Shown here piece by piece: positions 1 to 14,144 of a stretch of DNA of 64,000 nucleotides. Under the pieces are notes generated by a model. That model saw only the letters and a list, made by a program, of their open reading frames with translations, was not told the origin of the DNA and searched no databases. This DNA is from Ophelia neglecta. Its lineage: Eukaryota. Each line of letters begins with the position of its first letter. The first letter of the stretch is position 1. Where the stretch lies: NCBI GenBank assembly GCA_965285935.1, contig OZ260667.1:14260001-14324000 (forward strand), given 5' to 3'. Position numbers and translations under genes: made by a program.

Positions 1-671
1 ATTAAAGGAAGGCGAGCGAGCACCTAAGTTATTTAAGAAATCGTTTTTTGATATATAAAGAAGATATATAAAGAAGAGGCTCAATATTGGGTGAGCCAAG
101 TGATTTAGGGCGAAATCTTTTCCTAAATTTACCATGATTTACGTACCATACAGAGCATCGCTTTAAATTATGAGCTTAAGTTTGCTGGAATATTGGAATG
201 AACATTTTAGCGGAAACACTGGGAATTTAAAACTTTTTTCTGGCACACTGGGTGACAGTATGGGCTAGATGGTTGGCAGAATATGTCAAAGCTCCGCAGA
301 TTCTTCCCGACTATACATACTGTATAGTCAACTATTATGATACTATAGTAGCTCGCTTGAAATAGTCCCACAGACAAGACTCTTAGCCAGTCTGATCCAC
401 TGAATTGCATGCCTCTTAAATAGCTATGACGCAATTCACAATTCAAATTGCTTGCGTATTAAACATGAAATGATACCAGTTACTTTCCTGATGGTAAGGA
501 CTTAGGCTGGGAGAATACCATTATTGTTTATTTTGATTTCCAATTAACAAATGACACTGTGATACTTAAAGTGGGGCACATTTAGTATAAAATGAGTAGT
601 TATAGAACAAATTAAGCATTCTTGCTCATGCCGCCAAATCAAGACATTTTATGCATTGTTTAGCCCTTCTG

Positions 672-737
672 CGTCAAATCCCAATGGCCTTATTAGATAT
701 AGGCTCGTCAAATCTCAATGGCCTTATTAGATAGGCT
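672..737. repeat. Short tandem duplication (2 x ~33 bp)
   Basis: cgtcaaatc(c/t)caatggccttattagat(at)aggct occurs twice head-to-tail. Confidence 0.8.
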
Positions 738-3069
738 TTGCCTTACAAAGAAGGAATCGAGGCAGACGACTTTTAGTAGGAACTGAAGAATTCGACTGAG
801 ACTTTTCCTTGTTCTAAACAATGGACTCTCGTAAGGGAAAATAACCTTGCCCATGGAATACGCCCATGAACAAATTAACACACACATAAATAGCCATCAT
901 GTTAATATTTCTTGTAATTAATTTATCCTTGCTATTAAGCCCATTATATAGTTTGGCCGAGACATTATATCCACAAGCACTGACACCGAATTTATTAAAG
1001 GTTGGCTAATTATTACAGGTTATTGTCTAGACTCCTCAGTATACGACGCCACCGCCGAAGAGGTTGGTCCCAATATGCCTCTTTTTTATTAAATGATTTG
1101 GCCCAAGTTGATTTACTTAAGTCACCCAATATTTCTAGAAAGAACTCTCACAATCTAAGCTTAGTGTCAGCATTGACAGCCCTATTTCCATAGTTAAACT
1201 ATTGCAAGAATAAACTAATTTCAACTATTATTATCATAGGAAACACTAGAATTATGTAGTACCGGAGCAAATTATGAAAAGCGTTTGGTCAGGTCAGGTC
1301 GGTTCAAGCGTATTAATTCAAACAATAGTATACATTAGTTCGATACAGCAAAGAAAAGGAAGTCTCCTAAAAAAAAGTTCGCTAGCGGAGCAGCTACCTT
1401 AAATGCGGTAAATTGGCAAAGTTGGGTTACACAAAGAATAGGCTCATTATTACAAATGATTTAATAACATCATCTTATAAGTCCTGTTTTCTGCAATATT
1501 GGCTGAATTATAGTGAAGAGTAGATTCTCGGTATGGCGGCGGTGATTCCTATCGTACTAAACGTCACGGATAATTGTGTTATTGTGACCAAGACCCTCAA
1601 AACACGGGTGTAGACATCTTATTAATAGGCCTATATATATATACCATCTTTGAAAACTGGCGAACTTCTGGGCGTTTGAGTGAAAAGAGTCCTGGTAATC
1701 GAAGCTGATTACCGTTGTGCTGAGCTAGAAATTGACAGTGGAAAAAACGTGATGCCTCTTTGAAAAAAGACTCTTCAAGAGAGGAGTGAGAGGGGGATGT
1801 CATTTCACCGGTGGGCTTATAATAAGATACTACGGTTATTATTTGAGCGTCTTCAAACAAAAGTGGCCTAATTGACATTTCTGTAACTTACACTTTAAAT
1901 GTTCAGTGCTCGGATAACAAGTGTGTCACGTGCAGCGCTATTGTATTGTAAATGTCACTTACATAAGTTTTACAAATAAGACAATTTGCAGCTCTAGACA
2001 ACCATAAAAAGCAACCCTTGGCTTGGCGCGATCTACATAATAGGAAATAGACCTTGTCACATAGTTAACTGTTAACTCAATTAGTCCTTTATAACACTAA
2101 AGCCTTCTCGACCTCTTGAGCAATCTATAGCTGTTGATTAGGAAAACGATTCATGTCTGCGTTTATTGAATGATTTTTCTTAACAATAAGAGCTGGAATA
2201 TTGCTCTGGAAAACGAGTTGTGCAACTCATTGCTCTGTTCTATCATGCTCGTTAAGTTTGGCATCATCCTACACTATCATAATATAATGTCACTCTTGCA
2301 CTAAGTGTTTAAGCATTTCTCAAGTTGGTGATTTTTTTTCGCCTAAGGAGATTTCGGTCATAGACAGTTTATATTACTACTGCCTCGCCGGGACCGGCAG
2401 TTCGCAATTGTGTTGGAGGTAATTCTCTACCTTTCTGAGATGGTTGTCATACTGGCTGTCGTGGTAGGCAGGCGGCCGCTGTCATTTGCTTCCAGGAAAC
2501 TTTATCATAGGGTTGGTGAGTGCTTCAAACTAATTGTGTATGTGTATCAAATATCGGGCACTATGTTGTGCGTGTCTGCTTATGTGTTCCTTCGGTTGAC
2601 ATTTAAAGTTGAAGTTTAAGTCGACTAAAATGAAAATCATTTCAGCTCTTGGGTTCATGTTTAGTCAAAATCTGAATCAGAATCTTGAGAATGATAGTAG
2701 AGGCAGAAATAGGAATCAGTCGATTGACTTATTTCCCGTCCATACGATACCTCAAAATGCGTTGTCCTACCGTCTACATTCTGATTGTAACCAAGACCGC
2801 AGCATCGTTTTGCCTTTATAGCCCCCATTGCTGTCACAGCATTATCTATAGCACGCATTTCCGCTACAGCTTGTAGCCTCTATATAGGATTCAATAATCA
2901 TGATCACTAGGCCTATTGCAAACCAAACAGTAATATGGTGACCGGATAGTATATATACTAGGGATAATAGGGATATTGAAGGAGTGCACTTCAGTAAATA
3001 TAATATCATTGGTCTGGTATATCATAATGATGAATAGATAATAGTGAGAGATAATGCGTACGAAACGGT

Positions 3070-3240
3070 AGTGACTAAACGACGGAGGTAGATTTGACGG
3101 AGCTATCTGCACCCATGTATAAGCGGCGGATCTGGCGGAGCTATCTGCGCAATGTATAAGCACCTCCGTCAAATTAATTGGCGGAGCTATCTGCGCCCAT
3201 GTATAAGCGACTACTGACTAAACCGCGGAGGTAGATCTAA
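3070..3240. repeat. Clustered imperfect repeats (3 x GGAGCTATCTGCNCCCATGTATAAGC)
   Basis: The motif recurs near 3099, 3137 and 3184, flanked by two copies of tgactaaac..ggaggtagat. Confidence 0.7.
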
Positions 3241-3429
3241 TATGGGTGGCCATATACATGTATGTTAGGAGGACATAGCGGACAGTATATAGAGCTTGGG
3301 GGGGGGGGGGGATATTTGGCGGATGTACTGGCAAGGTTTCGTGCCTCCTATTTAATTAAAAACCAAGTAAACTTTACCACCAAACATATAAGGCATCATT
3401 TGATAAAATGCTTTGAAAGTAAAAGCTTT

Positions 3430-3908
3430 TTATTGTTCCCCATGTTGAGAAAATAACAGATGGTGGGGGGTTGGGTAAGGCAATAGATTTGTATCGTTGT
3501 TGCAATATGCCAGAAGTGTTTGATGAATTGTCAGAGACCCCGTCAGCCGGTATTTAATGTCGGGACGAAAGCGGTACCGGACCCGCACTTCCTCTGCACT
3601 GTATACCTCCAAAGGGTTTGAATGGTCTCTGAAAACTTCAGGATGGTTGTTTTGGCCTCTTATTATTCTATTAAGTCGCCGGCGATGGTGGCGTCTGCCA
3701 TTCGCTGCCATCTTGATGTTTGATTCTTAATCGGTATTAGGGAACGTAATCCACCTTCAGACCAGGTTTAAGATCTAATACCAAATCACCAATATTTAAT
3801 ACCTAATACACTTTCCAGATACCCGATTAACTAGCTAATGCCGATTAAGCAATTTAATACCATTTTTAATCGGATTAAGGCTTAATACCGCTACCAGAAA
3901 CCGGCCCC
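3430..3908 (-). mobile_element. PIF/Harbinger transposon fragment (N-terminus of a HARBI1-like transposase, internally deleted)
   Basis: ORF 3430-3711 contains VFRDHSNPLEVYSAEEVRVRYRF...LTIHQTLLA, matching the N-terminal RVFRDRxNPL...ERYRF...ALTxxQ pattern of Harbinger transposases. A putative terminus GGGGCCGGTTTCT lies on the minus strand at 3908-3896. The partner end was not found. Confidence 0.65.
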
Positions 3909-4815
3909 TGGATGTTAGAAATGACCACTCCCTAAGTGGTGGTATGGCGGCAAGGTTGATAGCATCCAATCTCAGCCATGCAGGGGAAAACCATGAAATT
4001 TGATATTACGCAATATAGCCTAATTTTGCTGTGTGAGGCTCCACCTGTCTAACGAATAAATGTCGAATGTGTTTATTTAACCCATGCTTGGCAGAGTGGC
4101 CCTGAAAACTACAATTCTACAATTCCAACGTTCAGGCGAGGGGCCGACCTCTTTCGGACTTACAAGCTCATGTCTAAGTTCTTCGGTCACTACCTGACGG
4201 TAAGAACATTCAAAAATTGAATGAGCGATATTTACCGTATACCCGGTAATTTTTCCAGCGATAATAGTATTAACTCTGCCAGCGGTTGGATGAATCACAA
4301 ATATAAAAATAGAAATGTCGACACTTTATATGGTTTTCAAGGGTTCTCTCATATGCAAGCTCTTTACCTCGATTTAGACAATCTGCAGTCAAGCGACATT
4401 GTAGCGGCACGCTTCACTAGGGCGTTAGCCCTAGCCGCCGAGGATGTATCTATCTGTAACGTGAAACTAGCAAAGGTGCCCATGCTACGGGCGTCCAATC
4501 CCTGGCTGGGACAGCGAGATGTATTATGATGAAGGTAGTTCCTTAAATCGTACGAAGCAGTGCCTGGTAATCTGTTTACACGCGTGTTGTGCATAGAGGC
4601 TCGCTAGGCCAGGATGGCTGGATTTGATATCACTTCCGGTCTGGGCCTTATCTAAAGGAAGTTTTGACTAACACCATAAAGTATCGCCGCGTCAGACAGT
4701 GAAAAATGAAATTATACTAAACAGAGCCACAAAGAACTCTTAGCCTTGCACATGTATGACAGATCCGGTCTATTACAGAAACTTAAACCTTTTGATGGAG
4801 AACAGTTTTCACGCG

Positions 4816-5280
4816 TTAAGGCACTCTGGATGCACACTTTGGTCGAGTACTCAATGTTTCCCCGATGGTTTGGTTCTGTTTTATTGCTTCGTTGACGTCT
4901 TTGGCGCTATTTCTAGCTTCAATTTCTAGCTTTAATTGTCTATTTTTCTCCTTGAATAATTCCGTAGATTTTTCTAGTAGGGTGATTCTATGTTGTAGGA
5001 CGGCGTTTACAGCTTGAATATCTATCTCTTTTCTAAGCTTATTTTTATCGATTTGGCTTGCTTTCATTATGTGTTTGCCAAGTTCAACAAATGCTCAGTT
5101 CGGTTTGCCTGGATTTGTTTTCACTTAATTTAAGCTTCTCTTCTGACTCGATTAGGAAAAAACACTTTCATCCCGATCTTCGTCTTCGTTGTAATTTTTA
5201 TCATCTTTCTCGTCTCCAGCCTGCAGTTCATTGCACAACTTTCATGAGGAGATTCAACTATTTGTTAATTAGTTGTTTTT
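4816..5280 (-). mobile_element. Possible decayed non-LTR retrotransposon ORF1 (coiled-coil) fragment
   Basis: Heptad-like charged ORF (LQHRITLLEKSTELFKEKNRQLKLEIE) with upstream stops. No diagnostic domain seen. Confidence 0.25.
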
Positions 5281-5977
5281 AGTATTTTCCTAGACTGTTT
5301 ACAAAATATATTTTGATGAGGTCAATGAGGGAAAAGTGAAAGAACTCTTCACGGCTCTACTGAATGGTCCTGGAGTCTTAAGCCGACGTCATGTGAGCCT
5401 TTCACACCTTGTACTCGGACACTTATATAGCTGGGCTTTTCAGAATCACTGTTTGGTACACCAAGCTATGCGATGTGACATTGAACCCGTGGAGAAGTAT
5501 TCATTGGGTGTGACTATTTGTTAAGATGCTATTGGATGAGCTGGTAGGCTAATTTTCAGACAAATCTGTAATCAGTTAAAAAATTGTCAAATATATGTCA
5601 CTCTGCCTAAGGGCAAATCGACGAAAAGGTAACCATAGACCTACCCTGGTTAATTATTCAATCACGGGTGTGAACAAGGCGGTAGGGGCTAAGGTCGTTC
5701 GGTATTTACGCGATGTATTCGTTTGGTACCATTTTGTGCAGACCCTAACAGGTATGTAAATAATTAAGCAATAAAACAATAAAACCTGCCCCCCCCCCCC
5801 CACCAATATTTTTTTTAAACTCTGAACAAGCCCATCTATGTATATATCTTCTGTGAACCCCCCCCCCCCCGCTTTTCAATTCCTCCACATGGAGTGCCCC
5901 CCCCCTGGAAATTCCTGGATCCGCTCCTGTCTTTCATTGGTCATTGGTTAGCAATCTTAATCCTGATTAAAAAGAAA

Positions 5978-6192
5978 AGGTCAGTAAAGGACAGAACCGA
6001 TATGAATGCTTCCAGTCCTCCGGGACGTTTTTATAAACATGATAAGACCCGCACGGCCTTGTCACTTCAAATGTGTGTCAAGGGTTGGATGCTGTGGTCC
6101 ACTCAGCCCTTCTTGACTTGACCCTGATACTGGTTAACATAACTTAAATCTATTGTGGTAAAAGCTGTGGTCCACTAGTGCTGCTGCCCGTG
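5978..6192 (+). promoter_or_regulatory. Candidate CYP4 promoter and non-coding first exon
   Basis: AGGTCA-gtaa-AGGACA (DR4-type nuclear receptor element) at 5978-5993, TATAAA at 6032-6037, Inr-like TCACTTC at 6062-6068, strong donor TG|GTAAGT at 6192/6193, and acceptor ttttcag| at 6727, six nt before the CYP ATG. Confidence 0.45.
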
Positions 6193-6733
6193 GTAAGTGT
6201 ACTGTGATCTGTTAGTAAGGGTAAATGTTATTTTTGAATCAGAGGATCTGGAGCTAACCAGGGCAAAAGTAACAATTTTGCTGTCTTCACAAGTTCTAGG
6301 TCAGCGCCTGTGTATCATTTTTTTGATCTTATCGGGCTAATATCGGTAAAAAACACTTTATGTATCATTCAAACCATGGGTTCGGATAATGTACTGCATG
6401 CACGTCAAACCCAGAACCCCAAAGGTCCATAGTATAGATAATATAGGTCGGAGGGAGCGGGGGGGGGGGGGGTAGTGGATGCAAAAAAAGGGTACAAATT
6501 AGATACCCGGGTCTATCCGGACTTCGTTAGATATTTAAAATAGGCTAAATGGGCTTTATTCATTCTTATATTCTGTAATGCGTCAGCTATGAAAGAAAGG
6601 CTATGATAATACGTAACTCTATATTCTGTAAATAGCAATCAATTATATTAGTTCATGTCTCTTCGCTTGGAGAATATCAATGTGGACTAGAATTTACCCT
6701 TTTTGGAGAAAGTGCGTTTATTTTCAGTACAAT

Positions 6734-9700
6734 ATGGAGCTTACCACAGTACTTCTGACCGTCGTTGTTGCCATCTGTATAGCAGTCTGTATATTTCTAT
6801 CTGGCATTGTGCGATGGCTACTCAAAATCAGACACGTTGGCAAAAAAGTCAACTTATTACCCGGGCCGAAAGGAAATTTGCTCACCGGAACCCTCCTTCA
6901 GGTAACATACATGTCTTGTTCTCATCGAGAAAAGTAGTAAGTTAATTCAGATTGCGTAGAACATAAAAAGAAACTTTTATGCCTATAGTTTTTACATTAA
7001 AGCATGGATATCTACCATAACGATAAAATGTAAAACAGATTCAAAAGATTCATTTATAATGATGGATAAAACCTTTTATTAACAGCCAGGTGGGCGATGT
7101 AATATGATATTTGTTTAATTATAGCAAATTTCCATTGAACGATTCATCGATTCAGTTTTTACACTTTAGATTCCGAAACCCAGCGAGGCATTGCTGACTT
7201 GGCATACCCAGCTGTGTAGAGAGTATAAGACAGCCTTCCGATACTGGTTCGGCCCATTTCGCCCCACGGTAGGACTTGTTCATCCGTCCACTGTCAAAAT
7301 CATGTTGAAAACTTCTGAACCGAAACCGGTCTCAGGGAAAGGCGGCTACGCTCTGCTACTTGACTGGTTAGGTATGTAAAGATTATAGAACAATGACAGG
7401 CTACGGGTGAAAGCAGATGTGGTAAATAAGAATGAGGGGAGGGGAGGGGGTTATTTTAAAGTGTTTTATGCACATTTGGCCTGACATAGGCGAGGATTAC
7501 AATTCAAGATGGCAGTGGTAATTTTTTAATAACTCATGAAACTTATAAAGTAGCCTAACACCAAGATTTGTTGTAATAAAATAAATAATTGAAGCGACCG
7601 AGTGATCATAACTTTGTTGTCGCTCTTTTCTGATTTTGGTTTAATACTATATACGTCCTGTTGAGGTTACGGTTTGCTGTTGAACGGATGGCCGGGCTGG
7701 ATCCGAAACAGACGGCTGTTGACCCCAGCGTTCCATTTCGACATTCTGAAACCTTACAGTAAAGTTTACAACGAAGCCACTGACATATTTTTGGTAATTT
7801 CCTATTGAGATATTCTGTTAACTCCACATCCTCTTTGGTTATTATTTAAGTCTCTGAAATGATACAAATTAATTCCATCTTAACAACATCTCGTGTATAA
7901 GGCGGGTACTAATCACTGATGCGGCGAAAGAGTTGGTCCACTGACTTACATCATCAAGGCTATGTTATTGTAATTGTCTCTCTTAAAACATGCAGCAAGG
8001 TACACAAGTATATAATACTGTACCCCTAAAAAAGCGTCCAGTAATAACAGAAGGTTATGGTGTATTCCTATTTTAAATCTTATGTCTTGCTCCATCGGTT
8101 TGATAATACTAAAAAAGAGAAATAAAAGAAGTTATTGTCTTAAAGGAGAAGATGGCTAGGTTGAGCCGCGCCCAGACCAAGCCCAGTAGAGGTGTCGAGG
8201 TGTTTACCCCCGTCAGTCTGTGTACGCTCAATGTCATGTTAAGATGTGCCTTCTCCAATGACGACGATGTACAGAGACAAGGGTAAGAGACTTCAATACC
8301 AATAGATTGTATAAATATATAGTTCTTGACTCAGTCGGTGTTGAACAATGACATTGTCTCTATGACAATAAATCATTTTTCTGTAGATATACACATTGAC
8401 AGTATTCTGTTTCTGAATTTCATCCGTCCTATATACTAAGAGATGTTTCTTTATGCCTTGTGATATTACCTAAGAGCAGTTTTGCAGAGAAATTAGTAAA
8501 TATATCCTGGGTCACTGATCCCACGGATGCTGATTACGACATTCGGTGTAAACAATGGTTAGCATGATTAACTCGGCTCGGGACTGTGATAGGCGCACCT
8601 TAAGCCACAGAATGAAGCCCTCTTCTTAGGGTACATAGAGCAAAAGAGCCTGTCAAGAAAAATTTAGAAAAGCATACTCTATGAGACACTGGTTGTCCTA
8701 AGAATATATCAATCAACGGCTTTTGATTAAAAGCGGAGGCGCGGAGCCTTGCGGAGGTAAATCCCGAAATTAGAACAGAGCACTAGACCTATCAAACCTG
8801 TCCCTAACCCTTCCCTAAAATTAACCCTCCGTCCTAACCCTTTCCTTGCTGACGATTATTTGCTTCATGCCACTCAGAAATACTCATGACCTCCGCCTCC
8901 GCATAGCCTCCGCACCTCCGCGTTTAATCAATAACCCAATCAACAGCTAAGACTGGATTTCATTGGAACCAAATTGAATGTGTTCTGTTTCAGAGTCGAA
9001 CACCCTTATGTCAAAACCGTAACACTTCTTGCCCAACTTGTGATGAAAAGAGCATTGTAAGTATTCATTACTTTGAAATGTGCAGATTTATAAATATGAG
9101 ATCTTGTGATTGATTGTAGAATACACTGTAATGATTAAAAACAAGTTCGCAAAACTTATAATATGGATAAAAAGGAATAATTTCATCCTGAGACTTGAAG
9201 TCACATGTGTGCGACGATTCCCTCAAACCCGGACGAAGTCACATAATGCATCCGCCTTTATAATTTTAGTAATCCCATCCTTTACTTTGACAACATTTAC
9301 CGCATGACGGCAAATGGCAAGAAGTGGAGCTCTGGTTGTGATTACGCCCACCAGGTGGCCTACGATCTAATAGAGAGGAGGCAATATCAATTAGTAAGTA
9401 AGTGAGCTAGTCAAATTAATAAGGATGACTTACATAAATGCCTACGTGTCGAAAACGGATTATTTTTTACTGTTGCTGAACATATATATTAATGTACACA
9501 ATAACCGCTGTGTTAATAAAATGTATGCTATTTTGCTTTTATAGAAGGACAAGACATCGAGTGACATCACATCTAAGCGTGCCATGGACTTCCTAGATAT
9601 CCTGTTGCTGGCCAGAGACGAGAAGGGAGAGGGTTTAACAAAACTCGAGATGAGACAGGAAGTAGACACTTTCCTGTTTGAAGGTTCATATGAGATTTTA

Positions 9701-11306
9701 AGTTATCGCAGCTATATATAGATTCATTAACTTATTAAACTGACTCCTTTTTACAATAAGATGCCCTCATGATTGTTATTGGGATATTTCTTTACACATG
9801 GATTTATAATGGATTGTATGAATTGAAAACACATCGGCTGGTTAAGTAATGTAGGCATGTGATACACAGGGCATGACACGACAGCCAGCGCCATCTCGTG
9901 GTGCCTGTACAATCTAGCAGGCCACCCGGAGTACCAGTCTAAGGCGAGAGAGGAGGTGGATGAAGTCTTGCAGGGCAGGCAATCAGACTATATCGAGTGG
10001 TGAGAAAAAGACCTTCGTATAAACTAGTGATTAATGCTGTCTTCGACAGATGGCGCTGTTTTAATATGCCCACCACAAACACCTTCCCTTCCGGGGATAT
10101 TCATGGCGAAATCGCACTATAGCAATATTCGTATAAGAGTCAGTCTTGCCTCACAGTAATTCCTTAAAGCTAATGAAACTTTTCTTTATACAACTGTTTT
10201 TAGGGACGACTTGAACAAGCTGCCCTACCTGACCATATGTCTGAAGGAGTCGATGCGACACACCCCTCCCGTACCTTTTATCAGCCGGGAGCTGATCCAC
10301 CCTCTGGAGATCGACCGAGTCCATTTAGAGCCGGGTACTTTAGTAAATATCTCAATCTGGAGTGTTCACCACAACCCTCTTGTGTGGGGAGAAGATCACA
10401 TGGTGAGACTAAATGGGTACTAATAGAGAAAAGGGCAATATTATTTTTTACCTCTAAATATGTGGTTTCTTGTACATTTCATGATATCAAATCGATAATT
10501 ATATAATAATATGTTCCTTAGATGATGTTTTTACAATGAGATATAAATTACAACATTACTTTATTCGAAATTGTAAATATGAGATATTAACCTCTGCTGG
10601 TGTATTTCCCCAGGAATACCGACCCGATAGATTCTCCCCTGACAACTTGGAGACTATGGATTCTCACGCGTTCATCCCTTTTTCGGCAGGTCCGAGGTAT
10701 GACATATTCATTCTGGGCTACGTGTCTCTCAGTATACCAAACAGATTTATGAACCCATTTGTGACCTGTGAAATAAAACGTTTCTCTCATAGCAAGCATA
10801 TACACAACTACAATATGTCTTTTCCTTTTTAGAAATTGCATAGGCCAAAATTTTGCAATGAATGAATTGAAAACAATTATTGCTAGGGTCCTACACAGGT
10901 AAATGGCGCGGACTACTCGCTCATTATTATTTCTTGTTATATTTTCAATTCATAATATAACAGAAAGATACGGTTGAGTTAAAAACACTGTGATTCAAAA
11001 AATACCACGTGCTTTAGGGAATGAAAGTATACAGGCTGTCGAAAAACATGTGTCCAAGTTAGAAACCTTAAAGGTTAATTGGTATAGTATGAGAACATCC
11101 CTGACCATGTTTTACCAAAAATACATCCTCCCATGCCATGTATTTTAGTCAATGATATCATGTCTGATCTACCAAGTACTGATTTACTTTTAACTATAAC
11201 TAGATTCAGCTTGGCTGTGGACCCTGACCGTGTACCCGAGCGCGTCCCGGAGCTAGTCATGCGGGCCAAGGATGGGCTATATGTCATCTTAACCGAGCGA
11301 TTGTAG
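6734..11306 (+). CDS. CYP4: Cytochrome P450 family 4 (CYP4F/4B-like), 12 coding exons, 513 aa, intact
   Basis: Exons 6734-6901, 7170-7371, 7666-7793, 8146-8282, 8994-9056, 9270-9393, 9545-9683, 9870-9999, 10204-10402, 10614-10696, 10833-10898, 11204-11306. All introns are GT-AG and phase-consistent (1542 nt). Motifs: N-terminal TM plus [28 protein letters not shown]-helix [16 protein letters not shown] (CYP4 signature), ExxR (KESMR), PDRF, heme motif PFSAGPRNCIG. Confidence 0.95.
8718..8936. mobile_element. MITE in CYP4 intron 4 (GG termini, 8-bp TSD)
   Basis: Imperfect ~40-bp TIRs (ggcttttgattaaaagcggagg... / ...cctccgcgtttaatcaataacc), TSD CAATCAAC at 8710-8717 and 8937-8944, internal cctaaccct motifs. 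Confidence 0.8.
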
Positions 11307-12379
11307 GAGCTCAATCAAAAACAGATGGTGCCTTTCAAATTGATGTTTATGATGAATTATATATCTAGGATTACTTGGACAATCATACCAGCTTCAAACA
11401 ATGGCTCTGGTTCTAAAATAATTAAAAATAAACAAATTAAATGGCTAACTCAGATGAAGTCATTGTAGAAAAGACTGTATTAAAAATATTAAAATACATG
11501 CTTCTATATTTTATTATAACCAAACTGGCAAAAGAGAAATATTATCAATCATTGACCGTAAAATATATTCTATCCCATTTATAATACTGTTTGAATTATA
11601 TTTGAAATCATTGACTCCCGATATGTTTAGATTCATCTTTCCTTGTTCTGTCGGGTCAGGCAAGATATGTTAGGCTTTCTGGTGATACATGGATCTTTGC
11701 ATTTATTCCGTGTTGTCTGTTTAAAAAAAAATATATATCTCTCTCGGCTAGTAAAAATACTCTGCTGGGGGTCGTTTTTACCAGTCCAATAAAAGTCGCT
11801 TTGCCACAACTGTACCACAACATTTCTGTGGCATTATCTCTGTAAGGTTGTTGAGAACAAATGTACTTTTGCAAATTTCAAGAAACACATGCAAATTTCA
11901 AGAAACAATTGAAGGTATTTCTACTTAAGAATGATGTTTAGGTGTGATAAACTAGGTTTGTTCTTGTTGTTGTATTGTGTATGTGGTGTAATAATATGCA
12001 TATTTGATAAACATAATTTATACTTTATGAGCCAGTGAAAATATTCTTTGTCTAGAGATAGGATACATGTCCCATTTAGGGATCTTTCTGCTTTGTTCGG
12101 TTTTATGAATATCTCTTTATAATAAGTTTTATGACCGTATACATATATTTATATCACAAAGAGCAATATAAAAATTTGACATGAAAACTAATTTGACTTG
12201 AACTGTTTCTTCTTTAATGGTCATAACTTTCGTTGTATCGTCTCTGTGGGATAATGACTGTATCCGATTCGATTTTGTTTTATCACTTCCGAATGTTTAC
12301 CTCGCTACAATGTATATTCATGTCCATGTGTAATGCAACTGCGTTCCCCCGGGACGTGTTCTGTTAATAACAGTAAAAC

Positions 12380-13190
12380 GGCTTGCATGTAAGGAGGATT
12401 AGAACTATTAAGTTATATGTTGTTTTATCAATATTATTTTTAACTAATCGACACAGCATAAGTAAACGTGTGGTTAGCCAGAGACCGTCAAATTCTCTGA
12501 TAAGAAACGTGTCCCAATCACTAGGAATTGCGATGCCCCTTCTCTTCAGTGAGGAACCAGCCAAGAAGGGACTGCCATAAAACATTAGAATACGCGCTAA
12601 GAGGCCACACAAACCTCAGTATAAATCAAAGTGGGCTGTTATTTAGTGTGGACCATCCTTTTCTAGGAGCTTCACCTGTTGTAATTCTTTCATAAAATTG
12701 TCACGGCAAAGGTGTATCGGAGGGCTGATGCTCTTACAAACTTAGAAACAGAAATCATCGTTCGAAATAAATAATGATCCCTCATATTACCTAAATTTAA
12801 AATTGGGAAGCTAAAAGAAACACCTGTGTTTCTTCCAGGTACAGGTGCAAATGTGAGTGTACACACTCGATTACTGTCAATTCTTGTGGAAGTGGAAGAG
12901 ACCAGGGATACCTTACCTTGAAAGTGTTTTAACATGCATTCTTCCAGAGCTTCTCACAAGTACAACGGATTACGAGGCATAAGAAACACAAACAACTGTG
13001 ATCCTGAACATACTAGAAGCAGAAAAACCGTTAGCCCGACATATATGGTATATCATGATAATGGCACTCCCATGGTTAGATGTGATTCTGATACATGTAA
13101 ATATTAATGGTATCATTTCGCGTGTGTCAAAATGAAAAGAGACCCTTAAGGAGATCCAACGGCTGCGCAAAGACTGTAAAAAATCCACCA
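12380..13190 (+). pseudogene. Decayed YqaJ-like exonuclease/recombinase + PHD finger ORF of an ISL2EU-type transposon
   Basis: Broken translation: APSLQ*GTSQEGTAIKH* (cf. A..WG...E..A...Y), INQSGLLFSVDHPFLGASPVVILS*NCHGKGVSEG*CSY (cf. SGL.....PFLGASPDG...C.CCG.G.LEIKCPY), then MVRCDSDTCKY*WYHFACVKMKRDP*G (ING-type PHD finger). Confidence 0.8.
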
Positions 13191-13799
13191 AATGCATGCC
13201 GGCCAAAAACACATGACTAAACCGCGAACAGTATTTTGTGTTCAGTACTTCACTGAAGAAGCAAATTAAGGTTTAAAAATAATGATTTTATTATTAAAGT
13301 GATCTTGTGCTTGTGTTCATTTCATTATTGAGGAAGCCACAGACTTTATTTAAATTAAGCTACAGGTACATGTATGCAGACCTTTTTATAAAAACGCCCT
13401 TTTATGTCAGAATGGTAATGTGTGTCTTCTTACATGTTGTACCAACCTCACGCAATGCTCATTGTTTGAAGTAAACATAGTTTTATTCCTTTCACTTTTC
13501 ATCGCAGTTTCATCGCAAGTACTTCCGAGGGGTCAAAGCATTACAAAGATGCATGCGCAAATATCACATGAGGCACGTTCGATTAATCTTTAATCATTCT
13601 CTCATCCCCTATTTTTACTACGTTAATTACAGTGTACATGCCATCTTTATAATATGCAGGTAGACACTAAATGACCGCATTTTTATATTTAATTTATTTT
13701 ATATAAAAATGTTTATATATTACCACGAGGCCAACAAACCCAGACATCAATAAATCTGCATAATACTAGTTGATGATTTCCCTCCAAAGACCGTCTACT

Positions 13800-14144
13800 T
13801 TATTCATTATACACTATACTTTCGCCAATATTAGTGAACAGTTGCAGGCGTGACCAGCTTATTACTGGATGGTCTTTGCTCATTGGCCTCTTCCTTACAT
13901 GATTAATCATAGTGATTGGCAACCTTTTCCGAAGTATTGCATTTCGGCTTTTCAGTAAACCCATCACCTGACATTTAAGAATTGACGTGAGGTCTCTATG
14001 CAGACATTTAACCTTTTTTCTTGGTAAAGGCTGGAAAGAGAAGTTATTCGCTGCATGCAGTTGAAAAGTGATCCATTTGGTCATCCAGCAACTGATCCTA
14101 TGGCTGGTGATATATAAAGCCTGGCTAGCTAACAACCTCAACAT
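13800..14144 (-). pseudogene. C-terminal remnant of an ISL2EU/Harbinger-type DDE (DDE_Tnp_4-like) transposase
   Basis: FPAFTKKKG*MSA (cf. IPAFTKGKxQLS) and VMGLLKSRNAILRKRLPITMI...FTNIGESIVY (cf. VIGLLKxKYxIL..xLPI...LxNLGESVV). Convergent with the YqaJ ORF. Confidence 0.7.

Noticed and set aside
1000-1900. Possible LINE endonuclease remnants on the minus strand (ADTKL, NLFGGGVVY, VVSYYKP)
   Set aside because: The motifs are short, interrupted and not in the expected order, so they cannot be supported without a profile search.
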